From NCBI GenBank assembly GCA_000934665.2, contig JYFJ02002175.1, positions 1-61,692 of the forward strand: a DNA stretch of 61,692 bases, in the 5' to 3' direction. A program made the translations under genes and the position numbers. Each line of letters begins with the position of its first letter. Within the stretch, counting starts at the first letter, position 1. Source of the stretch: Catajapyx aquilonaris. Its lineage: Eukaryota. Positions 9,994 to 22,598 of the stretch are shown here, piece by piece. A model generated the notes under the pieces. It saw nothing but the letters and a program-made list of their open reading frames with translations. It did no database searches and had not been told where the DNA came from.

Positions 9994-11347
9994 AGGGAGA
10001 TTGGGGTCAGTTGTAACATTTTTTAAAGTCAGGATTTTTTAATTCAGTTACATATGCATTTAGGCAAAGGTTTATGGGATGGTGGAAATAAGGCAACTTT
10101 CATCTATGTAAAATTACCATTATAAAATCTTCAGATTAAAAATTGGTAGATTTATAAATATTTTTCCAAGGCAAGGCAGTGTTAAAACCGACCCCATCGG
10201 TTGTAACAGAGGGCAGGGTCAATTGTAACACTATGTATTAAGGGGAAAACGTAATATGGAAGAACAATATTTACACCCACTCATCTTCTCGATAATTGTC
10301 TCATAGCCTACTTGATCCACCTAAATTACTATTTATCTCTCGATACACTGGAATTTATTCAGCAGAATAGTATTGCAAGAGAATTGATTTTTTATTCATA
10401 TAAATTTTCGACAAACAGGTTATAAGAGGCTTTATAGCACAAAATAATAAATATTTCTACTCTCAATATCCTGTGAGATGTGTAGCTGTAACATTTGTAC
10501 ATAGACTTGACCTTTCTCCTATGATTTTACCATGTTACAACTGACCCCAAGGAAGCTGAACATTGCAACCGTCCTCATTGTGTGTTGTCTTGTAGATATG
10601 CTTACTACTTTTTAACTATGCACATGATTTGGTCATCCATACAGTCAGTGTGACCCCACTAAAGGAACCTTTCTGCTGTTACCAAGGGCAATTCAATGTA
10701 ACCGCTGCCTTTCACATAATCACTTGATTACTGTCTCTTACAATTATTAAGTTGGGAACACACCTTGATTTTGGTTTTTTGTATACAGGGTGTTTGTTAC
10801 TAGTCCAGCCAATGGCCGTCAGCGTATTTCTTGAGCCAAAAGAAGTTGAAAATGTGTGTGTGTGGAGGAGGAGGAGAAAAAGAGAGATATGTCGAGGGAG
10901 CAACCTTTAATATGACCTTGACCAGAAACATTGATCAATGGTTGCCGAAGGATCAGGATATGAGCGTGAAAATCACGACTGTTGGGATTTGCAAGGTCAA
11001 CTCTGTCACATAAGTGATTATCACCGCTCATATCCTGCAACTTCGGCAACCACCACCTAATGTTTCTGGTCGTCTACCTCGTTAACGGTTTGTCCCTCGA
11101 CATTTCTCCCCCCTACATTTTCGACTGGTTTTGGCCCAAGGTATACGCTGACGGCCGTTGGCTGGACTAGTAACAAATTCCCTGTATAAATTAACAATAA
11201 ACCAAAAAGGAGAAGCCTAAGTTTTGCCTGGCTTAGAGGCCATAGTGACACATGTGCTGTGTGAGTTTCAGCTTCAGGGCTTTCCAAACGTATTTATTAT
11301 TGCCGATGTTACAACCGCACCCTGTTACAACCGACCCCGATCTCCTG
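9994..11347. mobile_element. TA-flanked non-autonomous TIR element nested in the Tigger
   Basis: ta|agggagattggggtcagttgtaaca ... tgttacaaccgaccccgatctcctg|ta; subterminal ttgtaaca repeats. Confidence 0.7.
10786..11184. mobile_element. Tc1/mariner-type MITE, innermost nested; related to 25871-26405
   Basis: TA|CAGGGTGTTTGTTACTAGTCCAGCCAA...TTGGCTGGACTAGTAACAAATTCCCTG|TA. Confidence 0.85.
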
Positions 11348-12979
11348 TAGTATTTTTGTGGAATAGTCTGTTTTGCCTGGCGTACTGCACATCTCAAAAA
11401 TGGCAGTTACGTTGCAGTTGAAAATGACCTCCTTGGAATACCCCAAACAGAAGCTTCCGACTTTCTCCTTCCAATTTTCTACTTTTCGATATTCGCTGCA
11501 CTTGCATCATCACACTACTGTCTATGAAATTTTGTGCCTGTTGCAGAAACTTTTTAGCCACCCATTTGAAGCACTAAATTTTGCCACGCCAAGTTTTTGG
11601 GCTATTAATTTTGCCTGCTCTATTGGACCATCGGACAGGACACGGGCAATACTTTGAGCCTGTCAACCCCTTCTTCTTCTCCGACATTTTAAAACTGGAC
11701 TGAACAGTGAAATGAGAGCAGGGCACCTACTAATCTCATGAGTCACAATCTTCTTGGCCCTCCCGCAATCTTCGTTTTCCAGCCAAAAATATTCCCCTGA
11801 CCAATATTCTTATTTTCAAGGCCATGAGCTGGTAGAAATTCCAGCAATTACGAGACAGTATGGTGTCAGATGGTCCAGAAAGGGTTAGTCAGGGGCCTCC
11901 TAGAAGCACTGAGGGTGAACAGGGCTGTAGTTTCTATTTTTGTGACTCACAGGACATAATGTAAACCTTTTGATTTCCGTTATGAACAGAGATTTTCCCT
12001 GAAGGGAGCCCAAAATCCCTTCCGTTTCTGCGTTGGGCAGGCTCCATAATATCCGGCAAAAAATACATTGCATAACTATGCTACGCCCGTTACGAGAAAA
12101 AATTGCCCAATGGATAGGTTTCCGCTATACCCAGGGTCCATAATGGGTAGGTTTCACTGTCTTATGTCCAATAGGGAAAGAGGTTTTTTGGGGGATGTTT
12201 TAAGGAAACTCGTCAATGGGGAGGACAGTAATATTATTATTGCATATTGTAAACACATGAATGGTCTACAAAACGGTGTATAACACATATCTCAAAATGC
12301 ATGGGATCACTTGGAAAAATTGGATTGAGAAAATTTTTAAATCTTGAAAACATGCCATTGCCTGCTTTATTTAATCTTAAACCGCCGCAGCGTTGCCGCT
12401 TCTCCAACACCCCTTGACTTAATCATATTTTTAAAATTCTATATCTCACCAAGGCGATGTGTTAGCCCCATGCCGCATATATCATTCGAACCGCACTGAA
12501 TCGCTGCTCCCTCCAGATCTAATGCGCAGCACCCATAGTCTAGGCCGTGCATAGCATATAATAGCTATAACTATTTCTATGCATCTACTTGCGGGTCGGA
12601 AAAAACGTAGCGGTGAAATTTACTGGTTCAAAGAACGCTTATATGCAAACTATCGCTTAGAATCCGATCTAAATCATTTTTAAATTCCCAGAATTAGCTC
12701 GAATTCATACACGCTCTATCGCTGCGCGTAGAACTCTTTCCAATATCGGCAATATGTCCCCCAGAAGATCACGTCATCCGAAAAAGTCAGACAAAGCACT
12801 TGAGCATGTGATTTTTGTGTTGAATTCTGTGATTTTTGCTTGTGAATATGCCGAAAACAGCATTCATTTACGATTATAATTTTTTTTTGCTAAAATTTAT
12901 GAAAATTTCTGTTGGAAATTGTCTGTTGAGGATTGAGACGGCAGGGAAAGAGTTAAGGAGTTGTAGCCCTGTCAATCTA

Positions 12980-13657
12980 CAGGGTGATTACAAATGAATA
13001 GTATAATTACAAATGCATATAGCTCCGTACCTATCAACCGCACATGAACGTGTTATACACCAAATGAAAGAGGAGGTTTTAAAGTTTATTTCATACCTTA
13101 TAAATGTTCTATATGACTTCCCTTGGTCACTCGAGAAACGTCAATCCGATAGTGCAATTCCTCCTATACTCGTGCCAGCATGTCCGTTGTCACTGACTCA
13201 ACAGCAGTAACAATGCGATGTTTGAGTTCATCCAGGGTTGTTGGCATCGGTGGCACGTACACAGCATCCTTAACGTACCCCCAAAGGAAGAAGTCGCATG
13301 GCGTCAAATCCGGCGACCTTGGGGGCCAGCAGTAAAGCGCCAAGTCTGGCAGGTCACTGCGACCTATCCAACGACGAAGGAGCACATTGTTCAGAAACTG
13401 GCGAACATCTGAATGCCAGTGCATTGTTACTGCGGTTGAGTCAGTGACAACGGACATGCTGGCACGAGTATGGGAGGAATTGCACTATTGGATCGACGTT
13501 TCTCGAGTGACCAAGGGAAATCATATAGAACATTTATAAGGTATGAAAAAAACTTTCAAGCCTCCTCTTTCATTTGGTGTATAACATGTTCATGTACGGT
13601 TGATAGGTACGGAGCTATATGCATTTGTAATTATACTATTCATTTGTAATCACCCTG
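12980..13657 (-). mobile_element. Tc1/mariner (maT/DD37D-like) foldback derivative with transposase C-terminus
   Basis: TA|CAGGGTGATTAC...GTAATCACCCTG|TA; arms 12980-13216 and 13421-13657; minus strand WIGR...WPPRSPDLTPCDFFLWGYVKDAVY. Confidence 0.93.
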
Positions 13658-13689
13658 TAGAATGAAAAACAGCTAAAGGTGGAAATTTT

Positions 13690-14447
13690 AGATAGAAAGC
13701 TAATTTTTGGTACAGTTGCCCTTCATGATGTTCTCAAACAGTACGTAAAAGTCCCGGAGTGTCCGACGCTTGCTTTGTCCGGGACAACGCAAAAAGTACC
13801 TATGTGACACTAGTCCAGGGAAGATACGAAAAAATACCCCATAACCTCAAATAAACCTGCAATGGAAATGAAATTTTCACCATTTGTTCAGGAAAATGGG
13901 GAGAACAACATATCCAAAGTTCACAGCGATTGGTGTGGGGGAACCAGCCGCCATCTTGGAAAATGGCGGCGAAAAGGGGTGTTTTAGATTTATCTCGTAA
14001 ATGACTGCATGTATGTGGATTTATGTAGAATACGAAATAAAATATCACACCAATTCACACATATTCGGTCCCTATCACATTTTTGTAGAGGGAATATCTA
14101 CAAAGATATCGCCGATTATATATTGACGCCACATAACCACTCTACGGAGATATTATGCATATATGCTGTTTCTACTCAAGCCTTTATGTAAATAATAGTC
14201 ACTTTTCATTACTTACTGTAATAATACAGAGACAAGCTATCATTGAGAAATTGTTCGTAACTGATAATAGCTGTCATAGCTATTATAAGTAACTATTATT
14301 ATTTAAAACATCTAATTTAATATAGTTAAGATAGAAAGTTAATTTTTGGTACAGTTGTCCTTCATTATGTTCTCAAACAGTGCGTAAAAGTCCCTGAGTG
14401 TCAGACGGTTGCTTCGTCCGGGACAACGCAAAAAGTGCCTATGTGAC
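13690..14447 (+). repeat. 119-bp direct repeat (13690-13808 and 14329-14447)
   Basis: agatagaaag(c/t)taatttttggtacagttg...gtccgggacaacgcaaaaagt(a/g)cctatgtgac occurs twice. Confidence 0.9.
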
Positions 14448-14479
14448 GGCTACTTCGTACTCGACAGTTCCCCCAACCG

Positions 14480-15653
14480 CGCGTAAGGCCTCCAGAGTTG
14501 CTGAGGCCACAGCTGAAATAATCAGAGCAGACATACGTGGTACAGTGTACAATGTAAATATTGTAGACGAATATTCAGCAGTTGATCCTGATGCTCTGGA
14601 TGCTCTTAGACGTCTAAGTGGTTCTGTTCCCTGGACCTTACGGATTTTCCTTGACACTGTTTTAAAGTCAAAGAGTTCCCATATTCCCAACATAGACCTG
14701 AAGAAATTTGCTATAGGTCATGCTCTCGTCAGTGCCTGTAGACCTCGTTCATTTCTTTCTCCAGTTTTAATAGGTCTCGGTCTGTCTGTCCACAATCATG
14801 ATATTAGTGCAAGCTATGCCGAGGTACAGCGTTAAGAATGCTCCCTTCTCTCGCAGGACAAGCCAGAAGACTATTCAGGAAGTCACGTCCAATTCATCTT
14901 CAACAATGCGGACTTCAGCATCCGAACTCTGGATGGGAAAGGGAAATTTCACTCCATGGGAGAAATGCACAACCCCCATGAGCAGTAGAGTAGCAGTGAA
15001 TGTTCCAAGGCTTAAGTAAGTTCCCTCTGCTGGAGAAATAGCTGCCATGGTTTCATTCCAAATTAGTAGGTACAAAAAGCCCTCCTGCTCAGGTCGCCAG
15101 TCTTGCACCATACGTGACGTTACAGTTGTCTTTCCTCCTACAAGTGATCGCCTTGGTAGGTCCCTTGATGTTTTGTGGATGACAAGTTCATGGCTGGGTT
15201 TGTCACCAAGGCCATCTTGGAATGGTTATATGCAGGGTGCCTTCCAGGGCTGCAATTGCGCCACAATAAGCAGTGTTAGCACCGGTGCCTTTCATCAACT
15301 TTGATCCTGGCAACCCCAGCACCATCCACACTGCACTATACTGTTTTCAGCAGAGCAGCAGTATATAAACTGTGGCCAATCAAACTGTTTTGTGACCTTT
15401 GACCAGCCTTTATATGCAAAAGTTGTGGAATATTGTCGCCTCTGCAGGTTCGGGGAGTCCCATGGGCATTGTTAGGGTTAGACTGGGTGGTTTTCATCTT
15501 ATGTCGTTCGTAGGCCCCACAGGGTACATTATGAGTGGGAGCGCCCTAGAAGATGCTGTCTGGAGGGAAGTTTATGCCAAGTCATCTGTTCCTCACATGA
15601 CAACGGGACATGCATATGCCGCCCTTGCAATCAGAGCTCATTTTTTGACTTAA
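14480..15653 (+). pseudogene. Frameshifted DNA-transposon transposase, probably Academ-like
   Basis: Successive frames give HALVSACRPRSFLSPVLIGLG, FNNADFSIRTLDGKGKFHSMG, PSWNGYMQ, VTFDQPLYAK, VRLGGFHLMSF..GYIMSGS, HMTTGHAYA..IRAHFLT, motifs of a widespread arthropod transposase; superfamily name from memory. Confidence 0.7.
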
Positions 15654-16347
15654 CAGGCGCTAGGTGTCCACGTGTCCTTCTGTGGTTTCCGTGGTTTGAA
15701 TCCACCGTGATATCTTGAACTGTCTCAGTATTTTGGACGCAGCCACCAGGTGGCGATGTCTGTGCATAGCCATTAATGCAGGTCACTGGATAGTGGCAGT
15801 CCGCTAGTTGAATTAGAGAGCACTTCTACAAATACGCATCATTTAGTTATTTACTGTTTCGTACAGTTTTGGTGTGTCACCAGTGAGCGGAAAGGTGGCC
15901 CTCTGACCTGGAGGCTCTGACCATACCCGTTCCACCCTCGGGCCTTGAACTCCCCTACCCGTAAACTGATCTATTTATCCCTGCCTTGAGCGGAAAGTGG
16001 GAATTGGTTCACAATGCTGTTCAAAAAATAAAACAAGAACATGAATGAATTTTGTTCGCAGACTTACATTGAGCGGAACTAAACTTAGCGGAAGCTAATT
16101 GGTCCGCTAGCAAAGTTATCAAAAGCGCTAGTCAGCTAACCAAAAATATGCACAACTGTTGCATGATACATGAGGCCTCTGATGATTGTTTAGTTTTATT
16201 TTGGCCCCAATTTGCAAAAACATGTGACTGTCGCCAAGGGCATGGGTGGACATTGATCATTTTCCCTCAAAGGTGGTGGACATTGATCGTTCTTTCAACA
16301 ATGTCAAATATTTCAGGGCCTCTCATAGCGAACTATGATCATTTCAC

Positions 16348-16348
16348 C

Positions 16349-16385
<37 letters not shown>

Positions 16386-16386
16386 C
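16348..16386. repeat. (ACA)n microsatellite
   Basis: caacaacaa run; source of the poly-T stretch in ORF 16148..16546. Confidence 0.95.
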
Positions 16387-16418
16387 CAAACCATCTTATT
16401 CTACATTAGTTAAATTAA

Positions 16419-17617
16419 GGGGGCGCATTAGTAAAAATACGGTAGGCGCATTTTTGAGGGAATTTTATTTTTTGTGGCGAATCGGAAAAATCACGACGAA
16501 GGTGCCCTGCGCAAAGGTTTGGCCTTTAATATGGTACCATACTTGATATGATTGCATTAAAATTGTGGCCATATGGGCGCGGAAGCGTTCCCGACTTTGT
16601 CGCGTTTCTGCCTCAATGTTATTCAAATGGGCTTCTCGGGAACGCCATTTTCCTTTCACTTCAACTCGATGAAAAGGTCACTTCTGGGCCGAAAATGGTA
16701 AAATGACGACAAAGGTACCCTGCGCCAGATCATGTCTTATTTTTGGTGTAATTTTTGTGTCCATTGCTCCATTTTTGCGGCCGTACGGCCACAGAAGCGT
16801 AGACATGTCGAATCCCCATATCAGGGAGCATATACTACATTAGAGGCGCAAACTTCTGTCGGCGCCTTTGATGTTCGCATCTCTCTGTTTATAGGGCGTT
16901 GCCAAGGCTGGCGGCCATTTTGAAGTGTGTGGTAGGCCAACGAGGTATAAATAGGGTACAGGCAGGTCGTCAAGGTCCACGGGGGTCCGCCATCTTTGAT
17001 GGTTTTGGCGGTCATGGCAACTACACTGCAAGAACACACGCGAATTTGAATTCGATATTGGAATGGGTAAGTAAATTGTTATTGCCGTGTATTGCCATGG
17101 CAGCCAAAACCATCAAAGATGGCGGACCCCCGCGGACCTTGATGGCCTGCCTGTACCCTATTTATACCTCGTTGGTGCACCACACACTTCAAGATGGCCG
17201 CCAGCCTTGGCAACGCCCTATAAACAGAGGACGCAAAAATCGAATGTTTGCGCCTCTTATGTAGTATATGAGGAGCGGCAAAGCAAAACCCGCAAGATCC
17301 AATGTTGGCGGGAAACGAGTTAGGCATGGCATATTGTCCATTACATAGGGTGTGATGCGGTGTTAAAAGCTGGTCGGGCAAAATGTGTTAGTTCCATAGT
17401 ATATGAGCCCAAAAACTGTCGATTCAAGCAAATACCGCAAGATCCAGCAGCATAGTGCAAGCAAAACCATCAAGATCTATAGAAAAGTTTGTGATGGATC
17501 TTGCGGGTTTTGCTTTGCTGCTCTTCATATGCTCCCTGCCCATATGCTGTCCATGCACACGCGAGTTTGTTTACGTGGTTACAGATTGTTACCGTATTTT
17601 TTTGCTAATGCGCCCCC
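16419..17617. mobile_element. Non-autonomous TIR transposon with TTAA TSD and GG termini (Kolobok-like)
   Basis: TTAA|GGGGGCGCATTAGTAAAAATACGGTA...TACCGTATTTTTTTGCTAATGCGCCCCC|TTAA; internal near-perfect hairpin 16883-17229. Confidence 0.8.
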
Positions 17618-18001
17618 TTAACTCATGGAATACGTAAACCATTTTTGACAAGAAGTTGACCTTGATCGTTTTCTCCCCAAAGTCTTCATATGCAATAAAA
17701 ACTAAAATTTCTTGCCAGAAACGAAGGGGAATATGGAGGAAAGAACCCAACCCCTTCCCTCCATCAGTTGGTGGCCATTGTGGGGTCTCGATGCTTCTGT
17801 AAATCACTTCACAACTTTGGTGACAAAAAACGCGATTTTCCCATCCACTCTCTAGAAAAGGTTTACTTAGTTATTAATAGCTGTCAATGTGCACTTTCAC
17901 TTTCATACTTCAAACCAGCTATTCATTTTGCCTCATACCACAAGGCATGCAAAGGCTATTAAAAGTAAAGATGTCTCATTATTGTTATGGGAAACGAGAA
18001 A

Positions 18002-18538
18002 GAGTCATTGGAAGAAAATGGCGGCCGTGAATCCAATATATGTGTAGAGAACCATAGTAAAACATACAGCCTAAATCATCCCAAGACAAGTTTATTCGGT
18101 CAAGGAAGCCATTGAAAATAAATGTGTCCTCGACAAAAAATGACCGAAAATTGTTATTTTAAAAAAGGTGGCCGTGAAACCAATATATGTATAGAGAGCC
18201 TTAATAAAACATACAACCCAAATCATTTCAAGTCAATTTTGTTTGGTCTAGGAAGTTATTCAAAACGAATGTGTTCTCTACATGAAACGGCGAAAAAATG
18301 GTATTTTAAAAATGGTGACCATTCAGAGTGTAAGATATATAGGGTGGAGCAAACCGCCATTTTTAAAATAACAATTTTCGGTCATTTTATGTAGAGGACA
18401 CAATTATTTTCAATGGCTTCCTTGACCGAATAAAATTATCTTGGGATGATTTCGGCTGTATGTTTTTGTTTTACTTTGGTTCTCTGTACATAATTATAAT
18501 GTATTGGATTCACACCCGCCATGTTCTTCCAATGACTC
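18002..18538. mobile_element. Foldback element with internal sub-repeats
   Basis: gagtcattggaagaaaatggcgg..tgaatccaata mirrored by tattggattca..ccgccatgttcttccaatgactc; tttattcggtcaaggaagccattgaaa mirrored at about 18407-18434. Confidence 0.75.
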
Positions 18539-19397
18539 ATTCACATGCACATTCTATCAAAATGTGCTCCTTGAATGGCAATTTTGAAAATTCATGCACT
18601 TCCCAGGTCACAATGGGGAACTAGCCTTCATTTTGGAAACAACATAATAAATTCGCCCATATTTTTTTGCTTTTTTTGGCATATTTCGTTTTAAGAAATC
18701 AGTTTCAGTTCCAGAGTAATTAGGGTTTTTTCGAAGGAAAATGGTGACATCACTGTTTTCCTCGAAAATGTTGACGTCACGCGAAGTGAAATGAACGCAA
18801 AAATGATGTTATAGAACGCGCCCCGGCATGGTCGTAAAATAATTCGTTGTACTGTGCTGGACACGGCTGGACATTTTAGCAGTCCGAGTGTTGACTTAGT
18901 TGCCAGGTAACGGGCGCGTTTTTACTAGAATCCGCTCAGAGAGCTTCGCGCGTGGCAGTGATGCCAGCAGCTCGGAATTATCTGTCTCCCGAATCCGGGA
19001 CATAAAGCCCCCTTTCTCCACCTAGATGACCTGCAGCCGCCTTGCGAATGTTTTCCGTCGTGTCCGCGGTATATTCAAAGTCAACTTCCTCATCTCTCGC
19101 AGTAAACCAGGCATTGTAGTCTACACTTCCATTGGCACCACTCCGCTGCCCCGTTTATCCCGCCAATTTTGAAGGCACTTTTAAATATGCCGTAATTTAT
19201 CCAGTAATGTCATTTTGATGCAACAGAGTGATGGAATATATGTTTACAGTCATGGGCTAGCTAGTTATGAACAAAAATCCCAAATCCCAGACCAAGGCTA
19301 GTTCCCCATTGAACCGCAGATCTTCTGTCATCTTTTTTGGATGCAGATCTGTAATCGTAGCCAAGAGCGAAGATGCGTCGTTTTTCCTTATGTGCAA

Positions 19398-19401
<4 letters not shown>

Positions 19402-19452
<51 letters not shown>

Positions 19453-19727
19453 TCATACCCGTTATCAGCCTATCGGCTCTTTAGGGGGGAAGTTTTTGTT
19501 TTGCCTGGAACTCTTTGCTTTCATTTTTACTATGCTTTTTGGGATAGGATAGGGACGGAAGGAAGCGGCTGTGACCTATTAATTACGGAAGCAACTTCGG
19601 AATTTTCTTGGAAGGACTGCGGGGGAACCACAGAAAACCACGCTCAGAGTTGCCGGCCCCGGGATTTGATCCCAGGACCTGCCGATTAGCAGTCGGACAC
19701 CATATCCCCTACTCCAAACTGCTTCGG
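19402..19727 (-). mobile_element. tRNA-derived SINE with Lm1/Nin(Inv)-type core and (TTA)n tail
   Basis: 14-bp TSD ttatgtgcaaatat (19388-19401, 19728-19741); B-box-like gggatcaaatcc; core gtggttttctgtggttcccc...ggtcacagccgcttccttcc. Confidence 0.85.
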
Positions 19728-20091
19728 TTATGTGCAAATATGTGCGATCCTTTTTGCCTGAGCAAGCTCAAGCATAACATTGTCTATCACCCACTTCCCA
19801 AAAAGTCGCGAAGAGAGGCGGTGAGAGAACTGTAGGCCTAACTTTGTGTGAAAATGTCACTTTTAAATTATCGCTATCTTCTGAATTTATTATGCCTTTA
19901 TCATGGAAGATTTAAAAATATCATAATATTGGACTGAAAGAGCACACAATACTTAATGTTGTCATATGTTTTTTTACATTCCCTATCGCACTTTTCGGAA
20001 TCAATGAAATATTATTTGGTGCTACTTTTGCCTGTGATACAGGAAGCGTAAAATCTGCCATGTTTGACACGTTATTGTGACGTAACAAAGG

Positions 20092-20680
20092 GAATTTTTT
20101 ATGACACTTTCAGGAGGCCAAAAAAATTTCCCTGTGAACCCTGGATAGTGCACATCTGTGTCTATCTAATGATATATTTGAAACATTGAGATCGCCATTT
20201 GTGAATCATAAAAGTCTTATCTTAAAAGTTAATTGCACACCTCTGTTACCTCGGCTATTTATAATCCGAATTACTTCGCGAATGCATCGACGGCAAGCCA
20301 GGAATGTGCGTGATAAGATTACATTGTGCTCTATTACACTAAAAATTTTAAAAGTATTGTTTAGTCAGTTTAATAGAAAAGGACTGAGCCTGCTTCCTGG
20401 CGGGAATAGACAGCGATACTTTTAAATACTTTTAAAAATTTTAGTGTAATAGAGTACGGTGTAATCTTATAACGCACATTTCTGGCTTGCTGTCGATACA
20501 TTAGTGAAGTAATTCAGATTATAAACAGCCGAGATAACAGAAGTGTGCAATTAACTTAATTATGATTACACAAATGGCGATCTCAATGTTTCAAATATAT
20601 CATTAGATAGACAAAGATGTGCGCTATCCAGGGTTCACAGGGGGATTTTTGTGTCCTCCTGAAAGTGTCATTAAAAATTC
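20092..20680. mobile_element. ~590-bp foldback/MITE
   Basis: ccctgtgaaccctggatag...tctatctaatgatatatttgaaacattgagatcgccatttgtg mirrored at about 20568-20643. Confidence 0.88.
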
Positions 20681-21890
20681 ACTTTGCGGTGTAACGTCGG
20701 CAACTAGTCAAAAAATGACACTTTTCCGTCTTCTTTTTATGATAAAAAATTAGAGACTGACGATAGGAAAACATCTCGCATATATGTAACGTGGATTTAA
20801 ACAAGCTTTCTAACGATACATACCATTATTTTTTAGATAATTTTCCTGGGAGTTGTTTAGAGTCAAACACAGGGCTCTATATTAAATAAACAGATATAGT
20901 AGCTTGCTTTCGCTCGCATTGAACTGAAACAATGCTGTAAGGCGACAAACCGTGCCTGGCAGGATAGTACTGTTGCGGTAATATAAACCCATATAGCATC
21001 ACCGACACAAAGGGCAACTCCATCCCTAACCCAAGCAGAACAGCACAGAATTTCATTCCATTTCTGCCCGTCCATTACGAGTAATGAAATGGGTATAAAT
21101 ATGGCCCAAATCAGCGAGCCAATCAGCGCCCAGCCCAGCCATTGCCAGGCTACACACAAGGACAGCTTGCCTCTCTAGAAATGATGTGAGTCTGAGGCAT
21201 GACTGTAGAGCAGCCCAACTGAATGCCTCAAGAGTGGAATATGTGAAGGGGGCGAATCTGCGGGGGTGAAAGCTCCGGATACCATACAGTATTTGCTTTG
21301 TATCTCTTTCATTACCCCCTGTCTTTACAAATGAGGGCTATGGGGAGACACTTGTAGTGATAACTGGAGGGTGGATATCTTGTTACCGCTTTTGTCTTTT
21401 CCATGCAGACACCTTTAAAAAATGCACTTGTTACACACGTGGAACTGCTTGGCCGTTTGCTGGATTTAAGTTTGGCCCTGTTACACCCCCATGATATGGA
21501 ACACTTTAGCATAGCTGAAGTACATTTTGAATGGCAGACAGCAAGGTATGACTCCCTGAATATGTCTTGGAAGTTGTGCAACCCCATCTATCCGGCAGGT
21601 TTCATATGCCTTATGAATTTAATTTTGCTTCTGTAAGCATATAATTGCAGGGTTTCAGGAGCATGAGTGTACGCTTAGTTTGGTGGGCCGAAGTACAATG
21701 TAGGCTACAAATCCTCATTCTAATCATGATTTACCTACTCATTCAGTCATTCTGAACTGGAACTTGTTGCATGTTTGAAACTGATGTGTGGGGGTGTTAG
21801 GAAAAAGCCTCTTACAAGCCAATTTTATTATTGTAGATTACCAGCCTAGTCGCATCCCAGTAGTGCTGGAGGCAGCCCCCGGGCAATTAT

Positions 21891-22245
21891 ACTACATTCT
21901 GAGCTTATCGCCTGCCGAGGGGTTTTGCAGCGGGTGCTCACCTGAGAGCGCCATGTGACATTTCCCAGAGCAATTATGTGGCAACCCTACCGGACTAGGC
22001 TGAACTTTATAGGTACGAAAGGGAAGCGCCGGGAAGCGCTACATGTGGGCCAAACATGGCCGCCGGTGGCCATGTTGGGTCCCCCAATGTAGCGCTTCCC
22101 TTTTGTACCTATAAAGTTCAGCCGAGTCCGGTAGGGTCGCCACATAATTGCTCCGAGAAATGTCTCATGGCGCTCTCAGGTTCAGCACCCGCTGCAAAAC
22201 GCCTCGGCAGGGGGTGGGTGGGAGTGACCTAACCTGAGTCTTCTA
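21891..22245. mobile_element. Palindromic MITE, same family as 23791-24602
   Basis: cctgagagcgccatg...gctgaactttataggtac...gtacctataaagttcagc...catggcgctctcagg; shared with the second copy. Confidence 0.85.
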
Positions 22246-22598
22246 AAACCATGGCTGGAGGTGTCATGGTACTCCTGTGAGATATAATGGGTGTTGGCAT
22301 GCCAAAGATGAATGCTTATACCGAACTGGGGAAATTATAATGCAGTTGTAGGTTTATGCATGGTGAGTTATTCAAAATAGATGACAACTTGTTGCTGGTA
22401 ACAAGACCGTGACGAAGGGTGTTTTGATTTGAGCATTTCGACCAGGAGGTGCCACATTTCATTGTCTTTTTGCAACATAAACTGCCTGCAATGGGGCTGG
22501 TTTTTTTTACTGTTCATTTGTTAACGTAATAAGTAGGAAGTGAATATTAAAATGAAAAATGTGAACAGTATCTATTTTAAATTTTCTTGTTGTTTCAG

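Larger units (their letters stand above)
9794..12159 (-). mobile_element. Decayed pogo/Tigger transposon (outer element of a nested stack)
   Basis: TA|CAGTGAAACCT...AGGTTTCACTG termini; minus-strand remnant near 11430-11660 reads GPIEQAKLIAQKLGVAKFSASNGWLKSFCNRHKIS (CENP-B/Tigger HTH, FxASNGWL motif). Confidence 0.8.

Noticed and set aside
16821..17381. Cluster of similar ORFs on both strands
   Set aside because: Mirror translations of an inverted repeat
19267..19689. 140-aa ORF with poly-N
   Set aside because: Reads through a SINE tail and body
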